From positions 1 through 64,000 of the forward strand of contig NIVC01001338.1 in NCBI GenBank assembly GCA_002269645.1: DNA of 64,000 nucleotides, written 5' to 3'. This document shows, piece after piece, positions 47,802-61,347 of this stretch. Made by a program: the position numbers and the translations under genes. This stretch comes from Macrostomum lignano. Lineage: Eukaryota. The notes under the pieces were generated by a model, which worked only from the letters and a program-made list of their open reading frames with translations, was not told where the DNA came from and did no database searches. The stretch's first letter is position 1; each line of letters begins with the position of its first letter.

Positions 47802-48074
47802 CAGCACAGTCGCTGCCCAGGTGAGAGATGATGGATGGTCAGCTCGGTGACAAGCAGCTTCTGCTTTTATTAAAAAGAGCCGCAGGAGGCGGGCAACATT
47901 TGGCAGTCAGAAACAGCTGCTGGGATTTTCTGCGGCCTAAAATCCTGGGCAGGGGCCTGGGTTGGCAGATGTTGCAGATTCTGGAGGAGAAAAGAAGACG
48001 GAGGCCCGGGTTTATCCAGTTCGGCAAGCGGAAAAGTGGACTGAAGACGACAAAACCCTGGCAGCTTTTCTTGG

Positions 48075-48432
48075 AAATGAATTGTCTTAAAAGAAAAGCA
48101 ATTTTTTCGGACAGAATCAGCTTAAAATCGTCTTCAAATGAAGATGTTTTTCCATTTGCTTTCGGGTGTCTCAGTCGACTTTTTCCGGGGCATTTCACTC
48201 AATCAGACATTTATATAGCTGAGCGAGAATTCAGACCTGCACTTCATTTAAAATTCATTTAAGACAAAATGAATTGTCTTAAAAGAAAAGCAATTTTTTC
48301 GGACAGAATCAGCTTAAAATCGTCTTCAAATGAAGATGTTTTTCCATTTGCTTTCGGGTGTCTCAGTCGACTTTTTCCGGGGCATTTCACTCAATCAGAC
48401 ATTTATATAGCTGAGCGAGAATTCAGACCTGC
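48075..48432. repeat. Direct duplication of a 166-bp segment (48075-48240 and 48267-48432)
   Basis: The two segments appear identical on manual comparison, offset 192 bp. Confidence 0.9.
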
Positions 48433-48711
48433 CGCCGAGGGAGGGCGGGGATTAGTGTCTTTTATGGTAGGCTTAAACTACAAGCGGCTTGAATTTTCTT
48501 TGCGAAAGGAAAGCTGAACTGATTTGCCCTGAGCTCTGCCCGCCTTTTTTGTTGAGTTCATCCAAAAAGATAGTTTCATAGAGGCCTTCTAATGCGGCTT
48601 TTGTCCCCGGCTGAAAGGGAAATGAAAAAATGATTCTTTGCTAGTTATGCGAGACTCATATGCAGTCAGCAACCTGCGGACGGCTGAGCGGCTTGACAAA
48701 AAGGTAGACAA

Positions 48712-49545
48712 TGAGAGAGAGATAGTAGAGGTGAGAGTGAGAGACAGTAGAGGTGAGAGTGAGAGACAGTAGAGGTGAGAGTGATAGACAGTAGAGGTGA
48801 GAGTGAGAGACAGTAGAGGTGAGAGTGACAGACAGTAGAGGTGAGAGTGAGAGACAGTAGAGGTGAGAGTGAGAGACAGTAGAGGTGAGAGTGAGAGACA
48901 GTAGAGGTGAGATTGAGAGACAGTAGAGGTGAGAGTGAGGCAGTAGAGGTGAGAGTGAGAGACAGTAGAGGTGAGAGTGAGAGACAGTAGAGGTGAGAGT
49001 GAGAGACAGTAGAGGTGAGAGTGAGAGACAGTAGAGGTGAGAGTGAGAGTAGAGGTGAGAGTGAGAGTAGAGGTGAGAGTGAGAGTAGAGGTGAGAGTGA
49101 GAGTAGAGGTGAGAGTGAGAGTAGAGGTGAGAGTGAGAGTAGAGGTGAGAGTGAGAGTAGAGGTGAGAGTGAGAGTAGAGGTGAGAGTGAGAGTAGAGGT
49201 GAGAGTGAGAGTAGAGGTGAGAGTGAGAGTAGAGGTGAGAGTGAGAGTAGAGGTGAGAGTGAGAGTAGAGGTGAGAGTGAGAGTAGAGGTGAGAGTGAGA
49301 GTAGAGGTGAGAGTGAGAGTAGAGGTGAGAGTGAGAGTAGAGGTGAGAGTGAGAGTAGAGGTGAGAGTGAGAGTAGAGGTGAGAGTGAGAGTAGAGGTGA
49401 GAGTGAGAGTAGAGGTGAGAGTGAGAGACAGTAGGGGTGAGAGTGAGAGACAGTAGAGGTGAGATTGAGAGACAGTAAAGGTGAGAGTGAGAGACAGTAG
49501 AGGTGAGATTGAGAGACAGTAGAGGTGAGAGCGATACACAGGTGA
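48712..49545. repeat. 18/22-bp purine-rich minisatellite (gtagaggtgagagtgaga[gaca])n
   Basis: Directly visible. Confidence 0.96.
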
Positions 49546-50059
49546 GAGAAAAAGAGACAGAAGAGAACCTTTGGCGATGGAGACTGCAGAAGAGCTGGAG
49601 CAATGCGATCGGAACAGGACAGCATCAGTGAGAAGGGCGCGCACAATTGATGGATGGGCAGGCCATGGCCAGAGGCTTCAAGCACGCAGGACTGGCTGGT
49701 GACTGACACGGGGAATTCCTGGCACAGTTGGGGATGCCATTCTTAAAAGCCCAATTGACTGGCTTGAACGGGGGCGGAGCGGCGTTCTGACGATCCCTTT
49801 CATGGGATATTATTCCCTGCTAGACCCTCCGGCAAAGCGGCTACGGGTCCCGTGTCCCTCATAATTCTCTCCCAGCCTCTAACTTCATATCTGAATGCTT
49901 CAAAAAGCCTAGCAGCTTAACTATTCTGGGCAGTGTTGCCATGCCGAAATGAATGCCAACTTGAAGGGTTAGGCATCTGATGCACCGAAGTTTTATTACA
50001 GATTGAGTTCAGATTCTATGAAGTTTGTTGTTCTCAGGCACCAAAGATATCAAGCAATG

Positions 50060-50445
50060 TTCTATTTACTCACTTTCTGCTCACTCAGTTTCTGCTCACT
50101 CAGTTTCTGTTCACTCACTCTCTGGTGATTCTACGCCTGATCACTCCATCTCTGATCACTCTGGTCACTCCATCCCTGACCACTCTGGTCACCCCATCCC
50201 TGATCACTCTGGTCACTTTATCCTTGATCACTCTGGTCACTCTATGCCTGATCACTCTGGTCACTCTATCCTTGATCACTCTGGTCACTCTATGCCTGAT
50301 CACTCTGGTCACTCTATCCTTGATCACTCTGGTCACTCTATGCCTGATCACTCTGGTCACTCCATCCCTGATCACTCTGGTCACCCCATCCCTGATCACT
50401 CTGGTTACTCCATCCCTGATCACTCTGGTCACTCCATCCCTGATC
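50060..50445. repeat. 24-bp minisatellite (ctggtcactccatccctgatcact)n
   Basis: Directly visible. Confidence 0.93.
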
Positions 50446-50904
50446 AAAAGTTCACCCAACTGGAGTCTTCTGAGGCCTGCTTATGGCCATGCAGCTCATA
50501 AAAGCATGCTATCTGATAGTACATGGTTTTATGCAGCAATGCTAAAGTTCGTCAGCGAATGTACCTCTGTCTACATGATCCATGCAAGCATTTCCTTGAT
50601 TAGTTTTTAATCTCAAAGGCCAAAATCCAACCCCCGTGTCGAGTCCTTGTACTTTCAACGGCAGTCAGCCGAAAACCTCCGAAATGCAGGACTGGAATCA
50701 TTTTATCCGCGGCTTCACATCAGACAAATTCCCAGTCAGATTAGCAGTGACAGACAGGGGGACTGAATGTGACAGTTGAGGTTTAGCTGTGGACTGACTG
50801 TCAACGAGACTCAACTAAAAGTCGGTGCACTTGGCTTACCTGTTAGGTGTAGATCTCAACTTCAACTTCAAGTTTCACAAAAATTGGCCCTGGAGGTTGT
50901 CGCG

Positions 50905-51060
50905 TGACCTTTTATTTACTGTGCCTTGGGAGTTGGCCCTCAAGTGCGTTAATTGCACGAGCAGAGCCAAGCCAAGACTCCAATTTTAGCCCCAAAATTT
51001 ATGTGACTGCATCATTTGAATCGAGCCTGGGCCGCTGGCACATCAGAGCGGCCCCTCATA
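50905..51060 (-). mobile_element. Partial copy of SINE family A
   Basis: gttaattgcacgagcagagccaagccaagactccaatt...atgtgactgca...gaatcgagcctgggccgctggcac matches 26585-26680. Extreme 5' head missing. Confidence 0.8.
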
Positions 51061-51536
51061 TCAAGCTAAATTTCCAGTTCTTTGGTGACAGACTTGAGAT
51101 TTGTATAAATTTTTAGTATATGGACTAGCAATCAGCGCCCCCCCCGTTGGGGAGCCAACAAAGAATGGAATACATTTTTTGAATAAACTACATGTATAGC
51201 TTCTGATCTAAACTGTCCAGGCGCGTGTAAATGTGCGTGCATGTGCGCAGCTTTTCTGGCATTCGATCTTGTTTATCCCAACTCAAGCATACGGGCTACA
51301 GCAGCATTATGGGAATTTTTTCCTTAAGAATCGCTCCCTTCGTACACCCTTTCCCCACCCATAACAGTTGTTGTCGGCTTGTATTGCATGTACAGTTTGC
51401 ATATCCTACAGTGTCGGACAACCGGAAGTTAAAGGTTTGTGTCTTTGTGGCCGCAAAAACACTCGTGTGATTACAGAGGACCTTGGCTTAAAAATCTGTG
51501 TTCTCTTTGTGGCAAGGCAAGTGACAGAGGGAGAGT

Positions 51537-51745
<209 letters not shown>

Positions 51746-52507
51746 GAAGGAGAGAGAGGGAGGCAGAGAAGCCGAGCACAGAGGGCATGAGATGCAGCGA
51801 TAATCAGCATCCCTAGCAGCGGCCAGAGCGTGTTAAACAGAGGCAGAGAGGCAAGTCAGCTGCCGTGAGTGGCACGCATACCAGATGCTTTATTCAGCAA
51901 CACTGACAGGGTGAATTTCGCACTTAAACGGCAAGCAAAATATCCAGCAAAATTTACAACCAAGCTGTCTTCAATTTCTGCTCCTAGAGGCAATTAGACC
52001 GCTAGCTAACATGCGGCAATAAAAACCTTCAGAGAATGCTTTGGGAGGCTGCATATAGAATTGAAGATAGAAAATTCAAGATCGATCTACATCAAGGAAG
52101 CTATAAGTTGAAAAAAAGCAATGCTTTTCACCAGAAGTGGACCAGTGGACCTCTTGTGTAGTCGAGTGGGTCCGGGCTGGCTCGAAGACACTGGCGGAGC
52201 TTAAAAAATTCTAGAAATAATTCTGCAAACACTCTGGCCAGGGGAGTTTCCTAAGCAAGGATTCTGTGTTGATGTCGAACATTTTATTCTCCAAAACAGA
52301 ATTATTGACTTGGCTGCGTACGAGTTGCTGGGGAAAAATCGATTTGACGGGTTCGAGTCCTGACCTCGCTGGCCTTTGACCTCTGACTACTCGGTCGGTT
52401 TTGACGATGTGGGTTTTCTCATTGCATTGAGTTGCTTTTTCAATGGGGTGGGTTTAAAGATTTTCGAATCGGGAAGATGCAAAGAAAGGTGAACAGGGCG
52501 TTGTGAT

Positions 52508-52862
52508 ATGGGGTATGGGATATGCAATATGGGGTATGGGATGTGGGGTATGGGGTATGGGATATGGGGTTTGGGGTATTGGGTATGGGGTATGGGGTTT
52601 GGGGTATTGGGTATGGGGTATGGGGTATGGGGTATGGGGTATGGGGTGTGGGATACTCAATATGGAGTATGGGGTATGGGGTATGGGGTATGGAGTATGG
52701 GGTATGGGGTATGGGGTATGGAGTATGGGGTATGGGGTATGGGGTATGGGGTATGGAGTATGGGATATGGGGTATGGGGTATGGAGTATGGGATATGGGG
52801 TATGGGGTATGGGGTATGCGGTATGGGGTATGGGATATGGGTATAGATATGGGATATGGGAC
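52508..52862. repeat. (GGGGTAT)n G-rich microsatellite
   Basis: Directly visible. Confidence 0.95.
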
Positions 52863-53775
52863 GTACGAGCTATGAGATGAAGCATACCACACAGGAAACG
52901 ATGGAAAGAGGCAAACTTAAAAGACTTTTTTTAGTGACTTCAGCCTTTTCCTGGGTTTATTACGATACTCAATTAGCACACATTCAGTCGGCAGCAGCTT
53001 CTTGTCCAGCGGACTGGGGTGGGGGCGTCGGGCAAAGTGCAGTTTAAAGGCCGAAGGCGGTTTTCCATTTAAAGGATTTCTCTCTGCCCAGCTTAGCAAC
53101 CAAACTTGCGCTGCCCCCCCCCCCCTAGAGGCGAAGAGGAAAAAATGGGGTCCCTAACGAGGTCGACGCGTCACTGTATGCAGCAAATCCGCACGGCGCA
53201 AGGAAGCTGCGCTCCCGACATTGAGATGGATGGATTGGATTCTCCTCTTTCGCTCTGGGAGTTTTGCTGTCTGCAACTGGTATAGTGCGGGGAAATGGGG
53301 GGAGCACTGCCCACTGCTTTGCTTGTTGCAGAAATTCGGTCTGATCAAGGCAATCAACAACTGATTCGCGCGATTTGAGCCGCTCCCAGCTCAGAGCTCA
53401 CGCGGCGAAGTGCAGAAGGCTGCGCGCCAGAAATCCCCTGTTGCAAAAGAGAGAGACAGGCAGACAGGCAGATGCAGGGAGTTTGTTAGCGCAAACCTTT
53501 GCTAGGAAGGAACTGCTGGTGGTGGGATTCCGCTGGAGACAAGTGTGATGCGGGGGATTAACGAGTGGGGGCTTGCTGGGGAATGAAAGACTCGATCTAA
53601 CAAGGAGCCTGGGGTTTGGGATTTTGGGCAAATTCGGTTTGTAGTTTCGAGTGGGATCGCGCGAGCTGATCCGAATAGGGACAACAGATTGAGGCTGAGG
53701 GCTGGTGGGCTCCGGGGATACTGCTGGCCCGATTCTGTCTAAATAGAAACTCTGGTAAATTGATGCATTGATAAT

Positions 53776-54089
<314 letters not shown>

Positions 54090-54769
54090 TGCGCAGAGAC
54101 CCGCAGCTGTCAGCAAAAGTACACCGCACAATATCCACAGCCATTCTGATAAAAACTGGAAGAATTGCCTGCGGAGGTGCCACAGGAACGAATGCAATTT
54201 TTGGCGTGTGCAGGGGGGGGGGCAATCGGCACGGATCCCACAGTCGCAACAGATGCCCGAATTCGAATGATCGCTTATCTCCGCCGCATGCATGGATTCT
54301 GGATTCGGTAGCCGAGGCGCCCCCCGCCCCCGCTTAGGCTTGTATTCCCTTAAAGTCGCAGGCACAGGGCCGGCCTGCTGTATCTCTTGACTGGGCGCCC
54401 GCCGGATTTCTTACCCGCGATATCCCAAGGATAGCTGGATGAAAACGGGGTTCCAGGCTCCCCCCTCCCTAGAAGCAGTAACATTCCGTATAAAATTGCT
54501 GCCAGTCCAGGGAACCAATAAAACCTCTCTAGCCCGAGGTGTTGCAGCACAGGAAAGGTGTGTTCGCACTTCTTCAACTTTTCCCTCTTCCCACTGCTTG
54601 GCATTGTGAAGTAGAATAACCTGGTGTGCGGTGGCTGGGCGGATGGACCGTAATTGTACCGAACGCTGCTGGGTGTTCGATTAATCCGCTTTTTGTTCAA
54701 TAGGGGAGAATTGCCTGCCCGCTGATTTTTTCATTTCTACTTTTTCTCAATCTAGCTCTTAACTCTACC

Positions 54770-55850
54770 CCCTCTCTCGCCTCTCTTTACCCTCTCTCAC
54801 CTCTCTTTACCCTCTTTCGCCTCTCTTTACCCTCTCTCATCTTTCTTTACCCGTTCTCCCCTCTCTTTACCCTCTCTCACCTATCTTTACCCTCTCTCAC
54901 CTCTCTTTACCCTCTCTCACCTCTCTTTACCCTCTCTCACCTCTCTTTACCCTCTCTCACCTCTCATTACCCTCTCTCACCTCTCTTTACCCTCTCTCAC
55001 TTCTCTCTACCCTCTCTCACCTCTCTCTACCCTCTCTTACCTCTCTTTACCCTCTTTCACCTATCTTTACCCTCTCTCACCTTTCTTTACCCTCTCTCAC
55101 CTCTCTCTACCATCTCTTACCTCTCTTTACCCTCTTTCACCTATCTTTACCCTCTCTCACCTCTCTTTACCCTCTCTCACCTCTCTCTACCCTCTCTCAA
55201 CTCTCTTTACCCTCTCTCACCTATCTTTACCCTCTCTCACCTCTCTTTAACCTCTCTCACCTCTCTTTACCCTCTCTCACCTTTCTTCACCCTTTCTCCC
55301 CTCTCTTTACCCTCTCTCACCTCTCTTTACCCTCTCTCACCTATCTTTACCCTCTCTCAACTCTCTTTACCCTCTTTCACCTATCTTTACCCTCTCTCAC
55401 CTCTCTTTACCCTCTCTCACCTCTCTCTACCCTCTCTTACCTCTCTTTACCCTCTCTCAACTCTCTTTACCCTCTCTCAACTCTCTTTACCCTCTCTCAC
55501 CTCTCTTTACCCTCTCTCACCTCTCTCTACCCTCTCTTACCTCTCTTTACCCCCTCTCACCTCTCTCTACCCTCCCTAATCTCTCTCTACCCTCCCTCAC
55601 CTCTCTCTCTACCCTCCCTCACCTCTCTCTCTACCCTCCCTCACCTCTCTCTCTACCCTCCCTCACCTCTCTCTCTACCCTCCCTCACCTCTCTCTACCC
55701 CATCTCACCTCTCTTTACCGTCTCTCAACTCTCTTTACCCTCTCTCACCTCTCTTTACCGTCTCTCAACTCTCTTTACCCTCTCTCACCTCTCTTTACCC
55801 TCTCTTCCCACTCCTTACCTTTTCTCCCCTCGCTTTACCCTCTCTCAACT
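54770..55850. repeat. 20-bp pyrimidine-rich minisatellite (ctctctttaccctctctcac)n
   Basis: Directly visible. Confidence 0.95.
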
Positions 55851-56929
55851 GTCGATACTCCCTCTCAACCCTCTCGCCCTCTACCCTCTCTCACCCCTCA
55901 TTGCTTTCTCTTACCTTTTTTGCCTATCACATTACCGTCAACCCTCTTTTCTATACTGCGTTTACCCGTATCCCGCACGATTTACAAGAGAAATAGTAAA
56001 AATTCATTTTTAGTATATAAAAATTAACTTATAAATCATAAATCAGGTTCTAACACAGGCTTTTACCCTATGAGTGGACTGGCTCAGGCTTTGCATATTT
56101 TTTAAAGTTAACAGCGAATTCGAACTGATGCAGGAAGACGCGAAACGGATGAATTCGATATATGTAGCCATAGCTAGTGGTCATTAATTTACTAGGTCAG
56201 TCAGTGTGTCAGTCACCGATGGGGCAGGCACAAGCTATTCCCAGCTATACTGCCTATAGCTCCATGCAGGTCTTCCTCATCCAAGTGGAAATTCCTTGGC
56301 TATAGTTGGATGCAGCTGAGACAGTGTTACTATTACAATATTAGCAGACTTTGATTGTAACTTTTTTAGCACCTGTGCGAGATGACAGCCACTTTTCCAT
56401 CTACTGGAATTGTCCAGTTCAGAGAAAATTTCATTAAAAGGCTTTCAGTGATAGAACAGAAAACCGCTTGGATCAAGTGAGCTGACTAGCACTGAAATAG
56501 ATATGACATGACCCTACATCCCCGCCCCCGCCCCCAAACCCAATCTAGATGATGGAGAAGAGAGGCTGCGAACCGAAAGGTGAAAGTGAGCACACACGAC
56601 TGCTCAGAGGTGGGAAGACTAAGAGGTAATTCGATGACATCAAGAGGCGGATCCTACAGTCCCTGCCCCTCCCCCAGAGTTTCCCCGTGCTCTTTCGGCT
56701 GATCCACGCGAAAGCAGGTGTCAAAGCTTTGGCCAGCTTACAGTTAAAATCCATTTAAAAATCTAGCGAGAGAGAGGCAGCGCACATGGCTCAGCTTCCT
56801 GCCCTCCACCATCGGCGCCACTAAGGGGGTGACAGGCATGTTTAAATCCTCGAAATAATCAGATTTGCCGTGTATGAAAAATTGCACAATTACGGGTTAT
56901 CTTTCAGTGCTGACTTGAGTCAGTGTCAA

Positions 56930-57400
56930 GAGGCGCCCAATTTGAGTGTTCGGAGGCGCTCAATTTGAATGTCAGGAGGCACCCAATTTGAGTGTCAGGA
57001 GGCACCCAATTTGAGTGTCAGGAGGCGCCCAATTTGAGTGTCAGGAGGCGCCCAATTTGAGTGTCAGGAGGCGCCCAATTTGAGTGTCAGGAGGCGCTCA
57101 ATTTGAATGTCAGGAGGCGCCCAATTTGAGTGTCAGGAGGCGCTCAATTTGAGTGTCAGGAGGCGCTCAATTTGAGTGTCAGGAGGCGCTCAATTTGAAT
57201 GTCAGGAGGCGCCCAATTTGAGTGTCAGGAGGCGCTCAATTTGAGTGTCAGGAGGCGCTCATTTTGAGTGTCAGGAGGCGCTCAATTTGAGTGTCAGGAG
57301 GCGCCCAATTTGAGTGTCAGGAGGCGCCCAATTTGAGTGTCAGAAGGCGCTCATTTTGGGTGCCAAAAAGCGATGCAATCTAGTGTCAGGAGGCGCCAAA
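56930..57400. repeat. 23-bp minisatellite (ggaggcgcccaatttgagtgtca)n
   Basis: Directly visible, ~18 copies. Confidence 0.95.
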
Positions 57401-57809
57401 AGTTTGCATGTCAGCAGGTACCAAATTTGTAATAAATAATAATTTCTAATTCATGATCCATTGTCGCACATCAACTAGTTTCAGTTACTCACAGTATAAG
57501 CCTCAAGAGACAAGAGTCAGGCGCCAGCCATGCGTTGACTGTCAGAACAGCTCAACATCTATGATGAAGGATCGGGATTAGACATCAAAGAGATCTTAAA
57601 CAGGCATGCCTAGGCTCCTTCCTATATAAAAATGCTTTTTACTACAACATTTCTCTGTTCAACTTTCGCGTGAGGGAATCTGGTTGCGAAACTCTGCTGT
57701 ACAGTACGAGCCAGACTACATGCAAAAGGACATCGATGTACTTCTTGAAAAATGGGCCTCATTATCATCACACTGACCCACTTTGTTCATTTGAAAGTTA
57801 TTCATTTTT

Positions 57810-58675
57810 TCCATCAGTATACCACCCATTCTATCCTTCAGTATATCACCTATTCTATCCTTCAGTATATCACCCATTCTATCTATCACTATATCACCTA
57901 TTCTATCATTCAGTATATCACTCATTCTATCCTTCAGTATATCACCTATTCTATCCTTCAGTATATCAACCATTCTATCCATCAGTATATCAACCATTCT
58001 ATCCATCAGTATATCAACCATTCTATCCATCAGTATATCACCTATTCTATCATTCAGTATATCACTCATTCTATCCTTCAGTATATCACCCATTCTATCC
58101 ATCAGTATATCACATATTCTATCCTTCAGTATATCACCCATTTTATCCATAAGTATATCACCCATTCTATCCATCAGTATATCACCCATTCTATCCATCA
58201 GTATATCACACATTCTATCCATCAGTATATCACCCATTCTATCCATCAGTATATCACCCATTCTATCCATCAGTATATCACATATTCTATGCATCAGTAT
58301 GTCACCCATTCTATCCATCACTATATCACCCATTCTATCCTTCAGTATATCACCCATTCTATCCATCACTATATCACCCATTCTATCCTTCAGTATATCA
58401 CCTATTCTATCCTTCAGTATATCACCTATTCTATCCTTCAGTATATCACCTATTCTATCCTTCAGTATGTCACCCATTCTATCCATCACTATATCACCCA
58501 TTCTATCCTTCAGTATATCACCTATTCTATCCTTCGGTATATCACCCATTCTATCCTTCAGTATATCACCCATTCTATCCATCACTATATCACCCATTCT
58601 ATCCTTCAGTATATCACCTATTCTATCCTTCAGTATATCACCTATTCTATCCTTCAGTATGTCACCCATTCTATC
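57810..58675. repeat. 24-bp minisatellite (atatcacccattctatccttcagt)n
   Basis: Directly visible. Confidence 0.95.
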
Positions 58676-59184
58676 CAAGTATATCTATTCACTCATAGCA
58701 ATCAATGACTTAGCCGACAATCAGGACCCAGTTTGCCTTACCTTCTATTAAAGCGATCCGATAATCCGAGACAGCAAATCTCTAGTTCGAAAAAGCCATT
58801 CTCCAAGCAAAAGAATCTTTGCAATTCGAAGTTTGTTTTGCCAGTTCGAAATCAGGCCTGACTCATTTCAAAAATCCGACAAGGGCACAAGAAGCATTGG
58901 GTTTCTTAGGGAAAGGGCCGACCGGGCGAGGGGGGGAAGAGATGCAATAGGTGTCCCACGTCCCCGCCTCACCCCTGCCCAGAGTTGACCAATTGGCGCG
59001 CCGCTTCTAGTAGATAACACAGAAATAAGAAACCAGCCGAACAGAGGCCAGAAGCGCCATTTGACAAGCAGAGGCTTGGCCGTTTGGAGTCTGAGTGGGA
59101 AAGAGAGCCTGGATAGGCTGACGGGAGGGAAGGGAGGCCTATAGAGTGACATTAGAGAGTTACAGACAAATATAAGGTGTTTAG

Positions 59185-60060
59185 ATTGACAATGAGAGTG
59201 AATAGGAGACTCGGAGTGACAACGAGAGTGAATAGGAGACTTGGAGTGACAACGAGAGTGAATAGGAGACTTGGAGTGACAACGGGAGTGAACGTGAATA
59301 GGAGACTCGGAGTGACAACGAGAGTGAATAGGAGACTCGGAGTGACAACGAGAGTGAATAGGAGACTTGGAGTGACAAGTAGAGTGAATAGGGGACTGGG
59401 AGTGACAACGAGAGTGAATAAGAGACTTGGAGTGACAACGAGAGTGAATAGGAGACTTGGAGTGACACCGGGAGTGAATAGGAGACTTGGAGTGACAAGT
59501 AGAGTGAACAGGAGACTCGGAGTGACAACGAGAGTGAATAGGAGACTGGGAAAGAGTGAATAGGAGACTCAGAGTGCCAAGTAGATTGAATGGGAGACTC
59601 GGAGTGACAACGAGAGTGAATAGGAGACTGGGAAAGAGTGACAACGGGAGTGAATAGGAGACTCGGAGTGCCAAGTAGAGTGAATGGGAGACTCGGAGTG
59701 ATAACGAGAGTGAATGGGAGACTCGGAGTGATAACGAGAGTGAATAGGAGACTAGGAGTGACAACGAGAGTGAATAGGAGACTTGGAGTGCCAAGTAGAG
59801 TGAATGGGAGACTCGGAGTGACAACGAGAGTGAATAGGAGACTGGGAAAGAGTGACAACGGGAGTGAATAGGAGACTCGGAGTGCCAAGTAGAGTGAATG
59901 GGAGACTCGGAGTGATAGCGAGAGTGAATGGGAGACTCGGAGTGATAACGAGAGTGAATAGGAGACTCGGAGTGACAACGAGAGTGAATAGGAGACTTGG
60001 AGTGACAAGTAGAGTGAACAGGAGACTCGGAGTGACAACGGGAGTGAATAGGAGACTAAG
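59185..60060. repeat. 30-bp minisatellite (gagtgaataggagactcggagtgacaacga)n
   Basis: Directly visible. Confidence 0.94.
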
Positions 60061-60534
60061 GAAAGTAAAAATATTACAAAAATACAAGAGCCAGCAGATC
60101 AATAAACTGATGAAATAAACAAACACTGAATTTTTCAAAGCAGAATTTTTACTAACCAAAACTTAACTTTTAAAGCACAAGAAAACCTATAGGCAAATGA
60201 AACACTTGGCTATAGTGTATTTGAAAATAATTAACAAAAATATTAAATCAATCGGCATAACAGAGGGTTGGACAAGTTTTTAAACAATAGAATGCGTCTT
60301 ATAATTGCTCGAACGCCAGCAAGAACACAGGCCAAGTGATTCACCTGGAGTACAATGAAGATACCAGGGCTTTTAGAAGGCCTATAATTAAGTGCAATTC
60401 AAATTATATCGGTTTTATGGTATTTTGAGAGTCACTGGGTAAGCACGCTTTTTTATACCGGTTAATATAATTTACTTTAATTGAACTGACAGAACAGAAA
60501 CAGGCAGTGACAGACTGCTTGATTAGGATAATCA

Positions 60535-61040
60535 GGAGTGACAGACTTAAGAGGTTCGGGGAGTGACAGGCTCTAAGAGAACCGGGAAGTGACAGGCTCA
60601 GAGAACTGAGGAGTGACAGACTCAGAGAATCGGGGAGTGACAGACTCAGAGAATCGGGGAGTGACAGACTCAGAGAATCGGGGAGTGACAGACTCAGAGA
60701 ATCATGGAGTGACAGACTCAGAGAATCGGGGAGTGACAGACTCAGAGAATCGGGGAGTGACAGACTCAGAGAACTGGGGAGTGACAGACTCAGAGAACTG
60801 GGGAGTGACAGACTCAGAGAACCGGGGAGTGACAGACTCAGAGAATCGGGGAGTGACAGACTCAGAGAATCGGGGAGTGACAGACTCAGAGAACTGGGAG
60901 TGACAGACTCAGAGAACTGGGGAGTGACAGACTCAGAGAACTGGGGAGTGACAGACTCAGAGAACTGGGGAGTGACAGACTCAGAGAACTGGGGAGTGAC
61001 AGACTCAGAGAACCGGGGAGTGACAGACTCAGATAATCGG
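60535..61040. repeat. 24-bp minisatellite (gagtgacagactcagagaatcggg)n
   Basis: Directly visible. Confidence 0.95.
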
Positions 61041-61347
61041 AGAGTGTAGCATAAAAAAGGCAGAATAACCCAGACAATACACAGGCGGACAGGAAGAAGT
61101 TAGTATAGAAAAGGACTGAGAAGGTGGCGAGCATAAAAATAGAAGAAAAGGAAGAGGCATTGAGATTTAAAAAAAAAACCCACAAAACCCAATGACAGTC
61201 AGCCAGTCATAACAGTTTACAAACAAGGGAGAGAAACACTGATTGAATGAAATGAATGAGACAAAGAATTCAAACAAAATAGGCTGTCAACGTTCAGACG
61301 CAGGCGACAGTGGCCTATACTAACTTCCGTTTTGCTAAGCCTTTGGC

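Noticed and set aside
50025-50501. His-rich DHSGHS(M/I)P ORF resembling bacterial copper-binding repeats, in a window that also holds COX11
   Set aside because: It comes from a 24-bp minisatellite, starts at TTG, other frames are also open, and COX11 is 26 kb away. Coincidence.
52330-52365. B-box-like GGTTCGAGTCC
   Set aside because: No matching A box or cloverleaf upstream.
57716-58751. 320-aa DRMGDIL and QYITHSI ORFs
   Set aside because: Products of a 24-bp tandem unit open on both strands.
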